64,000 bases of DNA from Desulfobacteraceae bacterium (GCA_014237395.1 JABZFP010000019.1:64756-128755); one strand, 5' to 3'; shown: positions 1 to 11,105, counted from the first letter of the stretch. Numbers and translations are program-made. Notes: generated by a model not told the origin, from the sequence alone.

Positions 1-569
1 CCGACTGGATACCGGCACGAACGATTTCCGTGATATAGGCGCCTTCAAACAGGGAGAGGGTGATCAGGGCCGATAGAAAGGCCGGCAGCGTCGACGGTGG
101 CGCCAGGAGGACGGTCAGCAGTTCCTGGACGGCAGGTGGTGCTTTTTCGGCCAGTGCCTGAACCCCCAGCACCGGCATCAGTTGATCGCTGACAAAAAAA
201 TAGAAAATAAAAATGAGGACCAGCGGCGGTGTGTTGCGGATCAATTCGACGTAAGTGCCTCCCAGCATGCGTCGAAAAGGCCGTTGACTGATGCGTGCCA
301 GCCCCATGACCACGCCGATGATGGAGGCCATTAGCGTTCCCCAGACGCTGAGCCGAATGGTATTCAGGAAACCGCGGGTCAGTGTATTCAGAACCCAGCG
401 GTCCTCGGTGGTGTCAAATCGGAAAAGATACTGGGGAATCAACTCCCAGCGCCATTTGTACTGAAGACCCGATGACAAACGGTGGAAAATGTAGAGGGCC
501 GTCGCAGCCAACAGCAGACCGAGCACGACATCCAGAAGCGATATGCGGCGATTAAATATGATCAACGGG
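1..569 (-). CDS. Polar amino-acid ABC transporter permease, partial (3' end beyond window edge)
   Basis: Absent from the ORF track because it is open at the edge. My reverse-complement translation from TTG 569-567 reads LIIFNRRISLLDVVLGLLLAATALY...NTIRLSVWGTLMASIIGVVMGLARIS...VELIRNTPPLVLIFIFYFF...LSLFEGAYITEIVRAGIQS. This is a clear paralogue of the permease at 1563-2369 (LSLFEGAYASEIFRAGIVS). The start is tentative: no in-frame ATG and a weak RBS. Confidence 0.7.
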
Positions 570-670
570 CGGCGTCTGCATTGAGGGTTGTCCTTGACCC
601 GGCCGCTTGATGGCGGCCGGGCCGTGAGAAAATCTTCGCGTTTGGCACTAATGGCAAACAGCGTCGGGAT

Positions 671-1501
671 CTATTGCAGTTTTTCCTTCCAGTCCTGGGT
701 ATTGAACCAGTAGGCTTTGCGTTCTGCCAGCCAGCCTTCGGCGGTGACATACTGAATCCAGTTGTTGAAATAATTCAGGGTGTCGGCGTCGCCCTTGCGG
801 ACGGCAAAGCCGATGGGCTCTTTGGTAAAGGTTTCCTCGATCGGCAGGAAAAGCGTATCCGGATGTTCGATGGCCTGAAAGGCCGGTGTGGGTGCGGAAG
901 CCACCGCCGCGTGGGCCTTGCCGTTGATCACTTCCTGGAAAATTTGAGCCTCGCCGTCAAACTGTCTGAGGGTGGCTTTGGGGAGGTATTTTTTGGCCGC
1001 CATGACCGAGGTCGACCCCAGTTTGACGGCTAAAACCACATCGGGACGGTTGAAGTCATCCAGGGATGCAAAGCCGGCCGCAAGCTTTTTATTGGCCACG
1101 AGCGACATGCCGGAATAATCATACGGCTGGGTGAAATTCACCTTCAGATTGCGGCTGGGAATGATCCCCATTCCGCCGATGATGACGTCGAATTTACCGG
1201 TCAGCAGGGCCGGAATAATGCCGGACCACTTCGTGGGAACGAATTCCACCTTGACATCCATGTCGGCGGCCAAGCGTGTGGCAACGTCGATTTCAAATCC
1301 GATCAACTGGCCGGTTTTATCCCGCATGGCCCAGGGGACGAAGGTGTCCATACCGACGCGCAGGACGCCCTTTTGCAAGACTTTTTCGATGGTGCTTTCC
1401 TGAACCAGTTGTTGCTGCAGCTCGCCGGCCGAGGCGATGCCGGCGAGCATGAGCAGGATGATAACGACAGGCAGCATCTTGTAAACGATGGTTTTGTTCA
1501 T
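671..1501 (-). CDS. Amino-acid ABC transporter periplasmic substrate-binding protein (family 3)
   Basis: ORF 671-1576 trimmed to ATG 1501, which has an AAGGAG RBS just upstream. The product starts MNKTIVYKMLPVVIILLMLAGIASAG (signal peptide). It carries typical family-3 SBP blocks: GVLRVGMDTFVPWA, GFEIDV, KFDVIIGGM, YDYSG. Confidence 0.85.
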   Translation of the reverse strand: MNKTIVYKMLPVVIILLMLAGIASAGELQQQLVQESTIEKVLQKGVLRVGMDTFVPWAMRDKTGQLIGFEIDVATRLAADMDVKVEFVPTKWSGIIPALLTGKFDVIIGGMGIIPSRNLKVNFTQPYDYSGMSLVANKKLAAGFASLDDFNRPDVVLAVKLGSTSVMAAKKYLPKATLRQFDGEAQIFQEVINGKAHAAVASAPTPAFQAIEHPDTLFLPIEETFTKEPIGFAVRKGDADTLNYFNNWIQYVTAEGWLAERKAYWFNTQDWKEKLQ

Positions 1502-1562
1502 GCGGTGCTCCTTTGTTTTCAGAGGGTGGCTGTCAATGGTTTTAGGTTTAAGACGAAACGGG

Positions 1563-2369
1563 TTATCCGGCCACACGGAGGCGTCGTTCCAGCAGGTTGA
1601 TCAACAGCGAAAGCGACACCGTCAGGACAAGATAGATGGCCGCGACCAGGAACCAGATTTCAAACACCAGATAGGTTTCCGCTATGATGGATTGTCCCTG
1701 CATCGACAAATCGTAAATCGCAATCGTACTGACCAGGGCGGAGTCCTTGATAAGGGAGATGGCCTGGCTGGCCAGCGGTGGCAGTATCCGGCGTGTGGCT
1801 TGGGGCAGAATGATGTGGCGGTAAGTTTGGGGCATGCTGAGGCCCAAACTGTAGGCGGCTTCCCATTGACCGCGATGAATGGAAACAATACCGGCCCGGA
1901 AAATCTCCGAGGCATAGGCCCCTTCGAACAGGCTGAGCGCCAACACCGCCGAAGTAAACCGGCTGATGTCAAATACCGGGGCCACCACAAAATAGATGAA
2001 AAACAGCTGCACCAGCAAAGGGGTATTGCGGATGCTTTCCAGATAACCGCGGGCAATGAGATTTCCCAGAAAAGATCGCGACAACCGGAGGAAAGCGGCC
2101 GTCAGGCCAATCAGGGTGGCCAGAACAAGGCTGATGGCCGTAATGTGCAGGGTCACGGCGAGTCCCTGAAACAGCGGTCCGGCGATAAAGTGGCCGTCCT
2201 CCATCGTGAACAGATAGCGCGGTACGCGATACCATTGCCAATAGTAGCCCAGCTTTTCCGATCCCCGGAACAAGGTGAAGACCAGCAGGCCGGACAGCAG
2301 GAGAAATTTTGTTCCGTCCAACCAGGGAAAACGCCGGATCCCCGAGCTGATATTTTCCAAATACGTCAT
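1563..2369 (-). CDS. Amino-acid ABC transporter permease (His/Glu/Gln/Arg/opine family)
   Basis: 268-aa multi-TM protein with an EAA-type loop (FEGAYASEIFRAGIVSIHRGQWEAAYSLGLSMPQTYRHIILPQA). Co-directional with the SBP gene at 671-1501. Confidence 0.9.
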   Translation of the reverse strand: MTYLENISSGIRRFPWLDGTKFLLLSGLLVFTLFRGSEKLGYYWQWYRVPRYLFTMEDGHFIAGPLFQGLAVTLHITAISLVLATLIGLTAAFLRLSRSFLGNLIARGYLESIRNTPLLVQLFFIYFVVAPVFDISRFTSAVLALSLFEGAYASEIFRAGIVSIHRGQWEAAYSLGLSMPQTYRHIILPQATRRILPPLASQAISLIKDSALVSTIAIYDLSMQGQSIIAETYLVFEIWFLVAAIYLVLTVSLSLLINLLERRLRVAG

Positions 2370-2514
2370 TTCAGGCGTGTCGTTCGAGGTCGCAATGCAA
2401 TCGGGTGATTAAGGTTCGGGCAAGAAATACTTATGACACCATCCGGCGGGCATCTGTCTGGAATCGTAATCCCAGCCGGAGGAGGGTGTGCCGTTTCGTA
2501 ACGGATTGCGTTCC

Positions 2515-2543
2515 CATATAACAGCATTGCCTGGGAATGTAAA
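2515..2543 (-). promoter_or_regulatory. Candidate sigma-70 promoter for the amino-acid ABC operon (TTTACA-N17-TATATG on minus strand)
   Basis: Read on the reverse complement: TTTACA (2543-2538), a 17-nt spacer, then TATATG (2520-2515). It lies about 140 nt upstream of the permease start at 2369. Sequence match only. Confidence 0.3.
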
Positions 2544-2568
2544 GTTGTCGGCCGGCTTGAAATCACCG

Positions 2569-4308
2569 TCAACTCCTTTTCTTCCGGGGCCGCGCTTTCT
2601 TCCTGAACGCTTTGCCGGGGGCACGCCCGGGGAGTATTTCTTCTTTCTGGCGCAGTTTTTTCCGCCGGTCTTTTTCCACGAAGAGTGGCGTGCCATCAAA
2701 CGGATCCTGTTCCGTATGATACATCAGGGCGCCGTATGTGCAAGGCGTCGGGGTAAAAATCTGGATTTGTTCGGGAGCCGCCTGGAGCTTGGTGCGCGTG
2801 TAGTGGCGCAGCCGCTGCATGTCCTTCTGGGTGCATCCGGGATAGGCGGCCATCAGGTAATAGCTGAGGAACTGATTGAGGCCGGCGGCATGGGTGATCT
2901 GGTAAAACCGTTGCCGGAAAAGGGTGCAGGCCTCGATGGCGGGTTTGCCCATCCGGGCCAGAACATGGGGTTCGCTGTGTTCGGGGGCGATTTTGAGTTG
3001 GCCCGAAACATGATGGCGAATGAGATCTTCAAGGTAGGCGTCGCCCAACTTTTGATCGGCAAAAATCAGGTCCGGTCGCAGGCCGGAGGCCACGAAAATT
3101 TTACGGATGCCCGGAATACGGCGTATCTTCTGCATCAACCGGCGCAGGTGGCCGTGGTCCACCGGCAGGTGGGGGCATACCTTGGGATATAGGCAGCGTT
3201 TTTGGGGGCAGGCGCCTTTTTCCAACTTGCGGGCACACTCGTATCCATACATGTTGGCGGTTGGTCCCCCCAGGTCACTGATGATGCCCTTGAATTGCGG
3301 GTGGGCGGTCATCCGGCGCGCCTCCCGTATGAGGGAGGCTTCACTGCGGCCATAGACCCGGCGCCCCTGGTGAACGGCAATGGCACAGAAATGACACTCG
3401 CCATAACAGCCGCGGTGGGTCGTCAGGGCAAACCGAATGGTATCCAACGCGCGAACGCTTCCCTGCGTTTCATAAAAAGGGTGCTGGGCATGTGTGTAAG
3501 GCAACTCGTACACCGCATCCAGTTCCTCGGTGGTCGGTGGAAAAGCCGGTGGATTCTGCACCAGCCAGCGGGTGTCCTGCTGCTGACAAAGCCCGCTGGC
3601 GCTGACCGGATCGTTGTTGCGGTAGAACGCATGAAACATTTGGGTAAACGCCCGGGGATCGCTGGCGACGGTCGGGTGCGCGGGGAGCATCAGGTAGTCC
3701 GTAATAGGCTGGGGGGCAATGTAGCACAGGCCGCGCAGGGGGCGCCAATCGGTTTGTTCATCCAAAGCGGCCGCCAGGGCCAACACCGTCTGCTCGCCCA
3801 TGCCGTAGACCAGGATGTCGGCCCGGGCGTCGAACAGGATCGACCGCCGGATGCAGTTGGCCCAGAAATCATAGTGGGAGATGCGGCGCAGGCTGGCTTC
3901 GATACCGCCAAGCACGATGGGCGCGGTTGATTTGGCATGGCGTCGGATCAGGTTGGCATAGGCAATCACGGCCCGATCGGGTCGCCGGTTGTTCTCCCCA
4001 CCGGGCGTGTAGTCATCCTTCTGGCGCCGTTTGCCGAGAGCGGTGTAGTTGGCGACCATGGAATCCACGCTGCCGGCGGTAATGCCCCAGAAAAGGCGTG
4101 GCGAGCCCAGGCGAAGAATGTCGCTGTCGCTGCGGATATCGGGTTGGGCGATAATGCCCACGCGGTAGCCGGCCTTTGACAATACGCGGCCGATGACGGC
4201 GGCGCCGATATGGGGGCTGTCGATGTAGCTGTCGCCCGTGACCAGGATGATGTCGAGGCGCTGCCAGCCGCGTTCGCGGACTTCTGCCTGGGTTGTGGGG
4301 AGAAACAC
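2569..4308 (-). CDS. ygiQ: YgiQ/UPF0313 family radical SAM protein
   Basis: Radical-SAM CxxxCxxC motif in [13 protein letters not shown]. Family-typical N-terminus [32 protein letters not shown] and a Lys/Arg-rich C-terminal tail. The ORF-track ATG at 4398 would overlap the ileS start, so I prefer GTG 4308-4306 (product MFLPTT...), which has AGGAAA 7 nt upstream. Confidence 0.85.
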   Translation of the reverse strand: MFLPTTQAEVRERGWQRLDIILVTGDSYIDSPHIGAAVIGRVLSKAGYRVGIIAQPDIRSDSDILRLGSPRLFWGITAGSVDSMVANYTALGKRRQKDDYTPGGENNRRPDRAVIAYANLIRRHAKSTAPIVLGGIEASLRRISHYDFWANCIRRSILFDARADILVYGMGEQTVLALAAALDEQTDWRPLRGLCYIAPQPITDYLMLPAHPTVASDPRAFTQMFHAFYRNNDPVSASGLCQQQDTRWLVQNPPAFPPTTEELDAVYELPYTHAQHPFYETQGSVRALDTIRFALTTHRGCYGECHFCAIAVHQGRRVYGRSEASLIREARRMTAHPQFKGIISDLGGPTANMYGYECARKLEKGACPQKRCLYPKVCPHLPVDHGHLRRLMQKIRRIPGIRKIFVASGLRPDLIFADQKLGDAYLEDLIRHHVSGQLKIAPEHSEPHVLARMGKPAIEACTLFRQRFYQITHAAGLNQFLSYYLMAAYPGCTQKDMQRLRHYTRTKLQAAPEQIQIFTPTPCTYGALMYHTEQDPFDGTPLFVEKDRRKKLRQKEEILPGRAPGKAFRKKARPRKKRS

Positions 4309-4328
4309 GGATAATTTCCTATCGCATC

Positions 4329-4357
4329 TTGACACGATTTCCAATACTCTGTATCTG
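4329..4357 (+). promoter_or_regulatory. Candidate sigma-70 promoter of ileS (TTGACA-N17-TATCTG)
   Basis: Perfect -35 TTGACA at 4329-4334, a 17-nt spacer, and TATCTG at 4352-4357, about 40 nt upstream of the ileS ATG. It sits in the 88-bp divergent ygiQ/ileS region. Confidence 0.4.
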
Positions 4358-4396
4358 TCAGCGTTTAACACGTTTATTGAATTCCCGGAGGAATCC

Positions 4397-7216
4397 ATGG
4401 ATTATAAGAAGACCCTGAACCTGCCGCAAACCAAGTTTCCCATGAAGGCCAATCTCACCCAGCGTGAACCGCAGCTCCTGGAGGAATGGGAGCAGCATCA
4501 TCTATTCGACGAGATCCGGAAACTTTCCCATGGACGTCCCCGGTTTATTCTGCACGACGGTCCGCCCTACGCCAACGGCCATATCCACATTGGTACCGCA
4601 CTGAACAAGATTTTAAAAGATATCATTGTCCGATCCCGTCAGATGATGGGGTTCGATGCGGTTTATGTGCCGGGCTGGGACTGCCATGGCCTGCCGATTG
4701 AACACAATGTGGACAAGGAGCTGGGATCGAAAAAAAAGGCGTTGAGCCTCACCCAGGTCCGGCAGTTGTGCCGGAAATATGCCGAAAAATTCATCGATAT
4801 TCAGCGGTCCGAATTCAAACGTTTGGGCGTTGTCGGCGATTGGGAAAACCCGTATCTCACCATGAGCTACGGCTACGAAGCCACGATTGCCGCGGAATGC
4901 TGCCGCTTTGCCCTCGATGGCAGTCTGTTCCGAAGTAAAAAACCCATTCACTGGTGCTGCAGCTGCCAGACGGCCCTGGCTGAAGCGGAGATCGAATACG
5001 AAGACGAAGCATCGCCGTCGATTTTCGTCAAATTTCCTTTCATCGACGACCTGGGCGATGTCGATCCCGTTCTCAAGGGACGCCGTGTCAGCTGTGTCAT
5101 CTGGACGACCACGCCCTGGACCCTGCCGGCCAACCTGGCCATCGCACTGCACCCGGAATTTGGATACGCCGCGGTCGAAAGCGATGATGGTGACATCTAC
5201 GTGCTGGCCAAGGATTTGGTGGCGTCCTGCATGACCCGTTTCGGCATGACCGACTACCGCATCGTGAGTGAATTGACGGCGGCATCGCTGGAGAAGAAGC
5301 GATGCCGCCATCCCTTCTATGACCGCGAGTCCCTCATTGTGCTGGGCGAGCACGTCACGCTGGACGCCGGCACGGGGTGTGTTCATACGGCGCCGGGGCA
5401 TGGCCGTGAAGACTATGATGTCGGATTGGCGTACGGTCTTGATGCCTATTCACCGGTGGATGATCGGGGCGTGTTCACCGACGACGTGGCGTTGTTCAAC
5501 GGGCAGTTCGTTTTCAAAGCCAATCAGGCGATTATCGATCATTTGAAGGCCACCGGCGCGCTGTTGGCCCAGGAAGATCTGTCCCACAGTTATCCCCACT
5601 GCTGGCGATGTAAAAAACCGGTCATTTTCAGAGCAACCCCCCAGTGGTTTATCTCTATGGAAAAAACCGGGCTGCGCCAAAAAACACTGAAAGCGATCGA
5701 CCAGGTACAGTGGGTGCCGCGCTGGGGGCGGGAGCGAATCTATGGCATGATCGAGAACCGTCCCGACTGGTGTGTTTCCCGCCAGCGGGCCTGGGGCGTG
5801 CCGATCGCTATTTTTTATTGCGCCGATTGCGGCAAACTCCATGTCGACGACGCCATGATCGATCGTGTGCAAGCCCTGTTCGAGGCCCACGGGGCTGATG
5901 TGTGGTTCACGGAGGAAGCCGACAAACTGCTTCCCGCGGATGCCACCTGCGCCGGATGCGGGGGGCACGCGTTTACCAAAGAGACGGATATTCTGGACGT
6001 TTGGTTCGATTCCGGTGTCAGTCATGCGGCGGTGCTGGAAAAACGCGACAACCTCCGCTGGCCGGCCGATCTCTATCTGGAAGGCAGCGACCAGCACCGC
6101 GGATGGTTTCACAGCTCTCTTCTGACCGCCGTGGGGCTCCGCGGGACAGCGCCTTACCGGGCGGTCCTGACGCATGGTTTTGTGGTCGATGCCTCTGGAC
6201 GGAAAATGTCCAAATCCATCGGGAACGTGATTGCGCCGAAGACCGTTATCGACAAGTTCGGGGCGGAGATTCTCCGGTTGTGGGTTTCAGCGGCAGATTA
6301 CCGCGATGATATCCGGATATCGGATACCATTCTCAAACAGCTCAGTGATGCCTATCGCCGAATTCGCAACACCAGTCGCTTCGTGCTGGGCAACCTGTCG
6401 GATTTCAATCCGGACGAGGATACGGTGCCGTATGCCGATCTTCATGATATCGACCGGTATCTCCTGCACCGGCTCCAGGAACTGGTGCGGCGGGCCCGCA
6501 AGGCCTATGAAACCTATGAATTTCATATCATCTATCATGCCCTGCACAACTTTTGCGTACTGGACCTTTCCGCCTTTTATTTGGATATCCTCAAGGACCG
6601 GCTGTATACTTCGCCGGCCGCGTCGCTTGCCCGGCGCTCCGCCCAGACCGTCATGCTTGCCCTGCTGAGTGCCATGGCGCGCATGATGGCGCCTATCATG
6701 GCTTTTACCGCCGATGAAATCTGGCAGCACCTGCCATCCTGGCAAGGTAAGACCGCCAATGTCCATTTTACGGCCCTTCCCGAGGTCGATCCGGCATGGA
6801 TTGACGAAACGCTGGATGAAAAATGGGGGCAGATTCTGATCATCCGAGGCGAGGTGACCAAAGCACTGGAAAAGGCGCGCGGCGACAAGTTGATCGGTCA
6901 CCCCCTGGATGCCGCCGTGACGCTGGTCGCAGCGGGGAAGGCGTATGACGTGCTGCAGGAATACCGCCATCAACTGGGACATATTTTCATCGTATCCCAG
7001 GCGGTCCTGGCCGAGGCGGGCGCCTCCCTGGCTGATGCCTACCACAGTGAAGAAATCGAGGGATTGCAAATCAAGGTGGCACGCGCCGACGGCGACAAGT
7101 GCGACCGGTGCTGGATCCACGATCCCACCGTGGGGGAAGACGACGAGCATCCGACGGTATGCCTGCGCTGCCGGACCCATCTGGCGGAAATCGGCACCGC
7201 GATGATCGACGCATGA
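4397..7216 (+). CDS. ileS: Isoleucine--tRNA ligase
   Basis: Starts [20 protein letters not shown] with a GGAGG RBS at 4387-4391. HIGH motif ([15 protein letters not shown]), KMSKS motif, and C-terminal zinc knuckles CDRCW...CLRC. The ORF-track N-terminal extension (4238-4396) was rejected. Confidence 0.97.
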   Translation: MDYKKTLNLPQTKFPMKANLTQREPQLLEEWEQHHLFDEIRKLSHGRPRFILHDGPPYANGHIHIGTALNKILKDIIVRSRQMMGFDAVYVPGWDCHGLPIEHNVDKELGSKKKALSLTQVRQLCRKYAEKFIDIQRSEFKRLGVVGDWENPYLTMSYGYEATIAAECCRFALDGSLFRSKKPIHWCCSCQTALAEAEIEYEDEASPSIFVKFPFIDDLGDVDPVLKGRRVSCVIWTTTPWTLPANLAIALHPEFGYAAVESDDGDIYVLAKDLVASCMTRFGMTDYRIVSELTAASLEKKRCRHPFYDRESLIVLGEHVTLDAGTGCVHTAPGHGREDYDVGLAYGLDAYSPVDDRGVFTDDVALFNGQFVFKANQAIIDHLKATGALLAQEDLSHSYPHCWRCKKPVIFRATPQWFISMEKTGLRQKTLKAIDQVQWVPRWGRERIYGMIENRPDWCVSRQRAWGVPIAIFYCADCGKLHVDDAMIDRVQALFEAHGADVWFTEEADKLLPADATCAGCGGHAFTKETDILDVWFDSGVSHAAVLEKRDNLRWPADLYLEGSDQHRGWFHSSLLTAVGLRGTAPYRAVLTHGFVVDASGRKMSKSIGNVIAPKTVIDKFGAEILRLWVSAADYRDDIRISDTILKQLSDAYRRIRNTSRFVLGNLSDFNPDEDTVPYADLHDIDRYLLHRLQELVRRARKAYETYEFHIIYHALHNFCVLDLSAFYLDILKDRLYTSPAASLARRSAQTVMLALLSAMARMMAPIMAFTADEIWQHLPSWQGKTANVHFTALPEVDPAWIDETLDEKWGQILIIRGEVTKALEKARGDKLIGHPLDAAVTLVAAGKAYDVLQEYRHQLGHIFIVSQAVLAEAGASLADAYHSEEIEGLQIKVARADGDKCDRCWIHDPTVGEDDEHPTVCLRCRTHLAEIGTAMIDA

Positions 7217-7752
7217 AAAGGGGTGACGGGCCAAAGCAGGGCGCCTCGCCGGTCTTTGAACCGGAACCGCCCTGGGTGAAATACCGGCGTCTGGGGTGGA
7301 TTGCGGGAAGTGTGATCCTGTTGGATCAAATCACCAAATGGATCATTCTGGAGCGGCTGGATCTCTATCACGCGATCCCCGTCGTGCCCGGATTATTCAA
7401 TATTACCCATGTCCAGAACCCCGGCGGTGCTTTCGGTTTTCTGGCCCAACAGAGCCCAGTGGTGCGGGGCATTGTTTTTCTCCTGATGTCGTTTCTGGCG
7501 GTATGCCTTATTTTCTGGTTTTACCGGAAAACCCCATCGACCCACCGCTGGCTGGCGGTTGGTTTCGCGCTGATATTCGGCGGGGCTATCGGCAATTTGA
7601 TCGATCGGGTGCGCTTCGGGCGCGTGGTCGATTTTCTGGATTTCTATATCGGCACCTGGCACTGGCCGGCATTCAATGTGGCGGACAGCGCCATTACAAC
7701 CGGCATTGCGATTTTCCTCTTGTACGTCGTTTCCGGTCGGATGCCGGAATAG
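7213..7752 (+). CDS. lspA: Lipoprotein signal peptidase (signal peptidase II)
   Basis: ATGA overlap with the ileS stop (7213-7216), which is the classical ileS-lspA linkage. Motifs [18 protein letters not shown] and FNVADSAI. Confidence 0.93.
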   Translation: MKRGDGPKQGASPVFEPEPPWVKYRRLGWIAGSVILLDQITKWIILERLDLYHAIPVVPGLFNITHVQNPGGAFGFLAQQSPVVRGIVFLLMSFLAVCLIFWFYRKTPSTHRWLAVGFALIFGGAIGNLIDRVRFGRVVDFLDFYIGTWHWPAFNVADSAITTGIAIFLLYVVSGRMPE

Positions 7753-7876
7753 CGCCACCTTTCTGTTAACGGATCGATAGCCGGTTTTCCGGCGGCAGGC
7801 AGTACCGGCTGGTTTTGCAATGCCAAACCGTCCTGATCCGTTAACGATTCCTCGACGCCTCTTGTGCGGACAGACC

Positions 7877-9406
7877 ATGACAGATATCCATTATCAGGAT
7901 TTGGCGCGCTTTCTCCAGAAAGAGGGGACCCGAAGGGCCCCGGCCTGGCCGTCGGTGTGGCTTCTGTTCGGTGAGGAGATGCTTTACAAAAAAGCGCTGG
8001 AGAAAGTGTTGGCCGCCATTCTCGGCGATGCCCCGCGCCATACGACCTACGAGGCCATCGACGGGCTGAATGAGAATGTGCGTGGCGCGTTGGAACGTAT
8101 CAATACCTTTTCGCTTCTGTCCGACCGTAAAATTGTGGCCCTCACGGATGCGCGCATTTTCCATTCCCGGCAAAACCTCGACCGCTTGTGGGACCAGGCA
8201 GCCCGTGCCGGCAAAGCGGGTGAAATGAAAAAAGCGGCCCGTCTTTTTCTGGATTTTCTGAACATCCACCGTTTGGCGCTTGATGATCTGGGCGGGGCGT
8301 CACCCGAGACCGTGTTGAAGCAGTCCGGTGCCGGCGACGATATGGAGTGGGTTCCGGCCGTGTTGGACTATTGCCGGCAGAGGGGTCTCGATGTCCCTTC
8401 CGCCGCCAACCCGCAACAGGAATTGCAGGATGCCGTTGAGCGGGGCTTCCCCGCCGGACATCATCTGATGATCACGACAGACCTGGTGGATAAACGCCGG
8501 ACCCTTTACAAAACCATTCGTGAAAACGGGCTGGTGGTGGACTGTGCCGTTCCCAAGGGAGACCGCAAGGCCGACCGCACGGTCCAGGACGCCGCGTTGG
8601 ATGCGGCGGTGGAGGACGTCCTGCGGGATAGCGGCAAACGGATGGATCCGGCGGTCCGCCGCGTGATGTATGACATGACGGGTTTCGATTTGCGAACCGT
8701 TGCCGCCAGCGTGGAAAAACTGGTGAATTTCATCGGCGACCGGCATGCGATCGAAACGGCGGATGTGCGACATGCCCTTGAGCGGACGCGCCGCGACCCG
8801 TTGTATGAACTGACCGAGGCGGTCTCCAATCGCAATTTGAGCCAATCCCTTTTCTTTCTTCAATCCCTGCTGACCGGTGGCGAGTTCGATCATCCCTTGC
8901 CGCTTTTGGCGGCGATCACCAACCAGATGCGGCGTCTGTTGGTGGCCAAAGATTTTGCGACCAGCACGTTTGGCCGCGTCTGGCATGCCGGATGCGCATA
9001 CCCGCAGTTTCAATCCCAGGTGATGCCGGCCATCAAGGCCTTTGATGATGATTTGCTGGCCAAGATCGATGCCTGGGATCAGGCATTGACACCCGTCCCG
9101 TCGTCGGCGGGCAAAAAAAAACGCGCCGGCAAAAAGAAAAGTACGGCCCGCTCGGATCTCTTCCTGGCGGGGAAAGGCCGCAGTCCTTATCCGATTTACA
9201 AGACACTCCAGAAAGCGGAACGGTTTACGCACTTGGAATTGACCGAAGCCGTGCGGCAGCTCAGCGAAGCGGATCGTCAAATGAAGCGCTCCGGCCTGTC
9301 GGGCCAGTTAATCCTGGAAAAGGTCATTTTTTCGATTTGCCAGGCGGAACAATCCGCCAAACCATCGGGGAAAGCAGGACCTCATCGGCCATCAAGCCGG
9401 CGCTGA
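7877..9406 (+). CDS. holA: DNA polymerase III delta subunit-like protein (long form, about 509 aa)
   Basis: The N-terminus (VWLLFGEEMLYKKALEKVL) and C-terminus (PYPIYKTLQKAERFTHLELTEAVRQLSEADRQMK) match the HolA pattern from memory. It is longer than typical HolA and carries a Lys-rich insert. Start set at the MTDIHYQDL ATG. Confidence 0.65.
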   Translation: MTDIHYQDLARFLQKEGTRRAPAWPSVWLLFGEEMLYKKALEKVLAAILGDAPRHTTYEAIDGLNENVRGALERINTFSLLSDRKIVALTDARIFHSRQNLDRLWDQAARAGKAGEMKKAARLFLDFLNIHRLALDDLGGASPETVLKQSGAGDDMEWVPAVLDYCRQRGLDVPSAANPQQELQDAVERGFPAGHHLMITTDLVDKRRTLYKTIRENGLVVDCAVPKGDRKADRTVQDAALDAAVEDVLRDSGKRMDPAVRRVMYDMTGFDLRTVAASVEKLVNFIGDRHAIETADVRHALERTRRDPLYELTEAVSNRNLSQSLFFLQSLLTGGEFDHPLPLLAAITNQMRRLLVAKDFATSTFGRVWHAGCAYPQFQSQVMPAIKAFDDDLLAKIDAWDQALTPVPSSAGKKKRAGKKKSTARSDLFLAGKGRSPYPIYKTLQKAERFTHLELTEAVRQLSEADRQMKRSGLSGQLILEKVIFSICQAEQSAKPSGKAGPHRPSSRR

Positions 9407-9428
9407 CCAACGTTTGGGAGGAGATCGC

Positions 9429-10832
9429 ATGCCAAAGACGAAAATCGTATGTACGATCGGACCGGCCAGCAGTTCCCCCGACACGATACGGGCGATGATC
9501 CAAAACGGCATGAATGTGGCCCGGCTCAATTTCTCCCACGGCACCCATGCGGATCACGCGGATAAAGTTGCCTTGATAAGGGCCATCGCGGCTGAGCTCA
9601 ATCAGCCGGTTGCCATTTTGCAGGATCTGTGCGGCCCCAAAATCCGGGTCGGCAGGATACCGGATCCGGGGATTGAGCTCAAGCCCGGTGAAACCTTCAC
9701 CCTGACCAGTGACGATGTGATGGGGAATCATCGCCGGGTCGCTGTTTCGTATCGAGGCCTGCCCGCCGATGTCAATGTCGGCGACCGTCTGCTCCTGGCG
9801 GATGGCATGATGGAATTGGAAGTCATGCACAGCGCCGGATCCGATATCACGACCCGTGTCGTTACCGGCGGTCTGCTGACATCCCACAAAGGCGTCAACC
9901 TGCCGACCGGAAGCATACGGATCAAGGCGCTGACCGACAAAGATCGAACGGATCTTGCGTTTGGACTGGCGCATGACGTGGACTATGTGGCCCTGTCTTT
10001 TGTGCGCTCGGTGGACGATATTCATGAAATCAAGGCCCTGATTGCCGACCAGGGACGCCGGACGCCCGTTGTTGCCAAAATCGAAAAACACGAGGCGTTG
10101 GACCACATCGATGCGCTTATCGACGCAGCGGACGCGGTCATGGTGGCCCGGGGCGATCTTGGGGTTGAAATTCCGCTGGAAAAAGTACCCAACATCCAGA
10201 AAATGATCATCAACAAGGCCAACCGGCGCGGCCGTATGGTCATTATCGCGACTCAGATGCTGCGGTCCATGGTGGATGCCCCCCGTCCTACCCGGGCCGA
10301 AGCCGCGGATGTGGCCAACGGGGTGCTCGACGGCGCCGATGCCGTCATGCTGTCCGAGGAAACCGCCACCGGGCTTTACCCCGTGGCGGCAGTCCACTAT
10401 ATGACCAATATTATCCGGGCCGCCGAGGAACAGTTTCCTTACCAGCGCTATCGGAATAAACTTCAGGATCTCGATATTTCGCAATCGGTGGCTGCCGCTG
10501 CCTGCAGTCTGGCCGACAGTCTGAATGCGGCCGCCATTGTCGCCACCACCCGATCCGGGGCCACGGCCCGGCATGTGGCCCGGTTTCGGCCGCGCGGACT
10601 GATTATTGCCTTGTCTCCCAGCGAAAAAACCGTTCGCCGGCTGACCATGTGCTGGGGGTGCATCCCATGTTATTTGCCCCTTACCGATGACACCGATGAA
10701 ATCATTGAAAAAGCGGCCGAGTCGGCCCTGAAGACCGGCCATGTGAAGGCCGGCGATGTGGTGGTGATCACCGGCGGGCGTCCCCTCTATGCCGCCGGCA
10801 CCACCAATATGCTGTGGGTCAAGCGGCTTTGA
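9429..10832 (+). CDS. pyk: Pyruvate kinase
   Basis: MPKTKIVCTIGPAS..NVARLNFSHG..MVARGDLGVEIP..ATQMLRSM..EETATG motifs. GGAGG RBS upstream of ATG 9429. Confidence 0.95.
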   Translation: MPKTKIVCTIGPASSSPDTIRAMIQNGMNVARLNFSHGTHADHADKVALIRAIAAELNQPVAILQDLCGPKIRVGRIPDPGIELKPGETFTLTSDDVMGNHRRVAVSYRGLPADVNVGDRLLLADGMMELEVMHSAGSDITTRVVTGGLLTSHKGVNLPTGSIRIKALTDKDRTDLAFGLAHDVDYVALSFVRSVDDIHEIKALIADQGRRTPVVAKIEKHEALDHIDALIDAADAVMVARGDLGVEIPLEKVPNIQKMIINKANRRGRMVIIATQMLRSMVDAPRPTRAEAADVANGVLDGADAVMLSEETATGLYPVAAVHYMTNIIRAAEEQFPYQRYRNKLQDLDISQSVAAAACSLADSLNAAAIVATTRSGATARHVARFRPRGLIIALSPSEKTVRRLTMCWGCIPCYLPLTDDTDEIIEKAAESALKTGHVKAGDVVVITGGRPLYAAGTTNMLWVKRL

Positions 10833-10895
10833 TGACACGATGGGTTTTGCGGCAGGAGTTTTTATTCTCAAACCCATTCGAAATGAAGGACCGTC

Positions 10896-11105
10896 ATGGG
10901 ATTCATACGACGTCAGGAAGAAAAACTGGCCGCCCGGCTGATTCAGTGGCACCAGCAACAGCAGGCCGATGCGTCTCTCTCACCGGAGGAATTGTCCCAA
11001 AAAGCATCCCTGCTGGTTGATGAGGCCCATCGGGTCGCCCGTCATCGCGGCCAAAACGTGTTGACCATCATGAAGGAAATGGTTGCCGACGTATTGAAAA
11101 AATAA
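10896..11105 (+). CDS. Small hypothetical protein (69 aa)
   Basis: ATG ORF 60 nt after pyk with a plausible helical, non-repetitive sequence (MGFIRRQEEKLAARLIQWHQQQ...). No family recognised. Confidence 0.4.
   Translation: MGFIRRQEEKLAARLIQWHQQQQADASLSPEELSQKASLLVDEAHRVARHRGQNVLTIMKEMVADVLKK

Noticed and set aside
4238-4396. N-terminal extensions offered by the ORF track for ileS. The same applies to lspA 7099, holA 7820, pyk 9414, the ARH gene 16554, fusA to 21200, the cupin gene to 23124, usp 41981, phzF 53584, the EBP gene 55199, the SBP56 gene 57505 and others.
   Set aside because: The extensions overlap neighbouring genes or their promoters and encode Arg/Ser-rich junk. In each case an internal ATG or GTG preceded by a good Shine-Dalgarno sequence gives the family-typical N-terminus.
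9324-10958. A 544-aa ORF on the minus strand opposite pyk. Similar long antisense ORFs occur at 59772-61490 (572 aa), 55295-56764 (489 aa), 49738-51123 (461 aa), 57757-58947 (396 aa), 45199-46473 (424 aa), 52271-53278, 53282-54196, 8300-9280, 13961-14905, 14841-15671, 11251-12132, 6287-7234, 5450-6175 and 1488-2408.
   Set aside because: Each lies antisense to a gene with unmistakable family motifs. The translations are Arg/Gly/Pro/His-rich and low in Lys/Ile/Asn with no recognisable motifs. This is the usual stop-codon-poor antisense frame of G+C-rich coding DNA.
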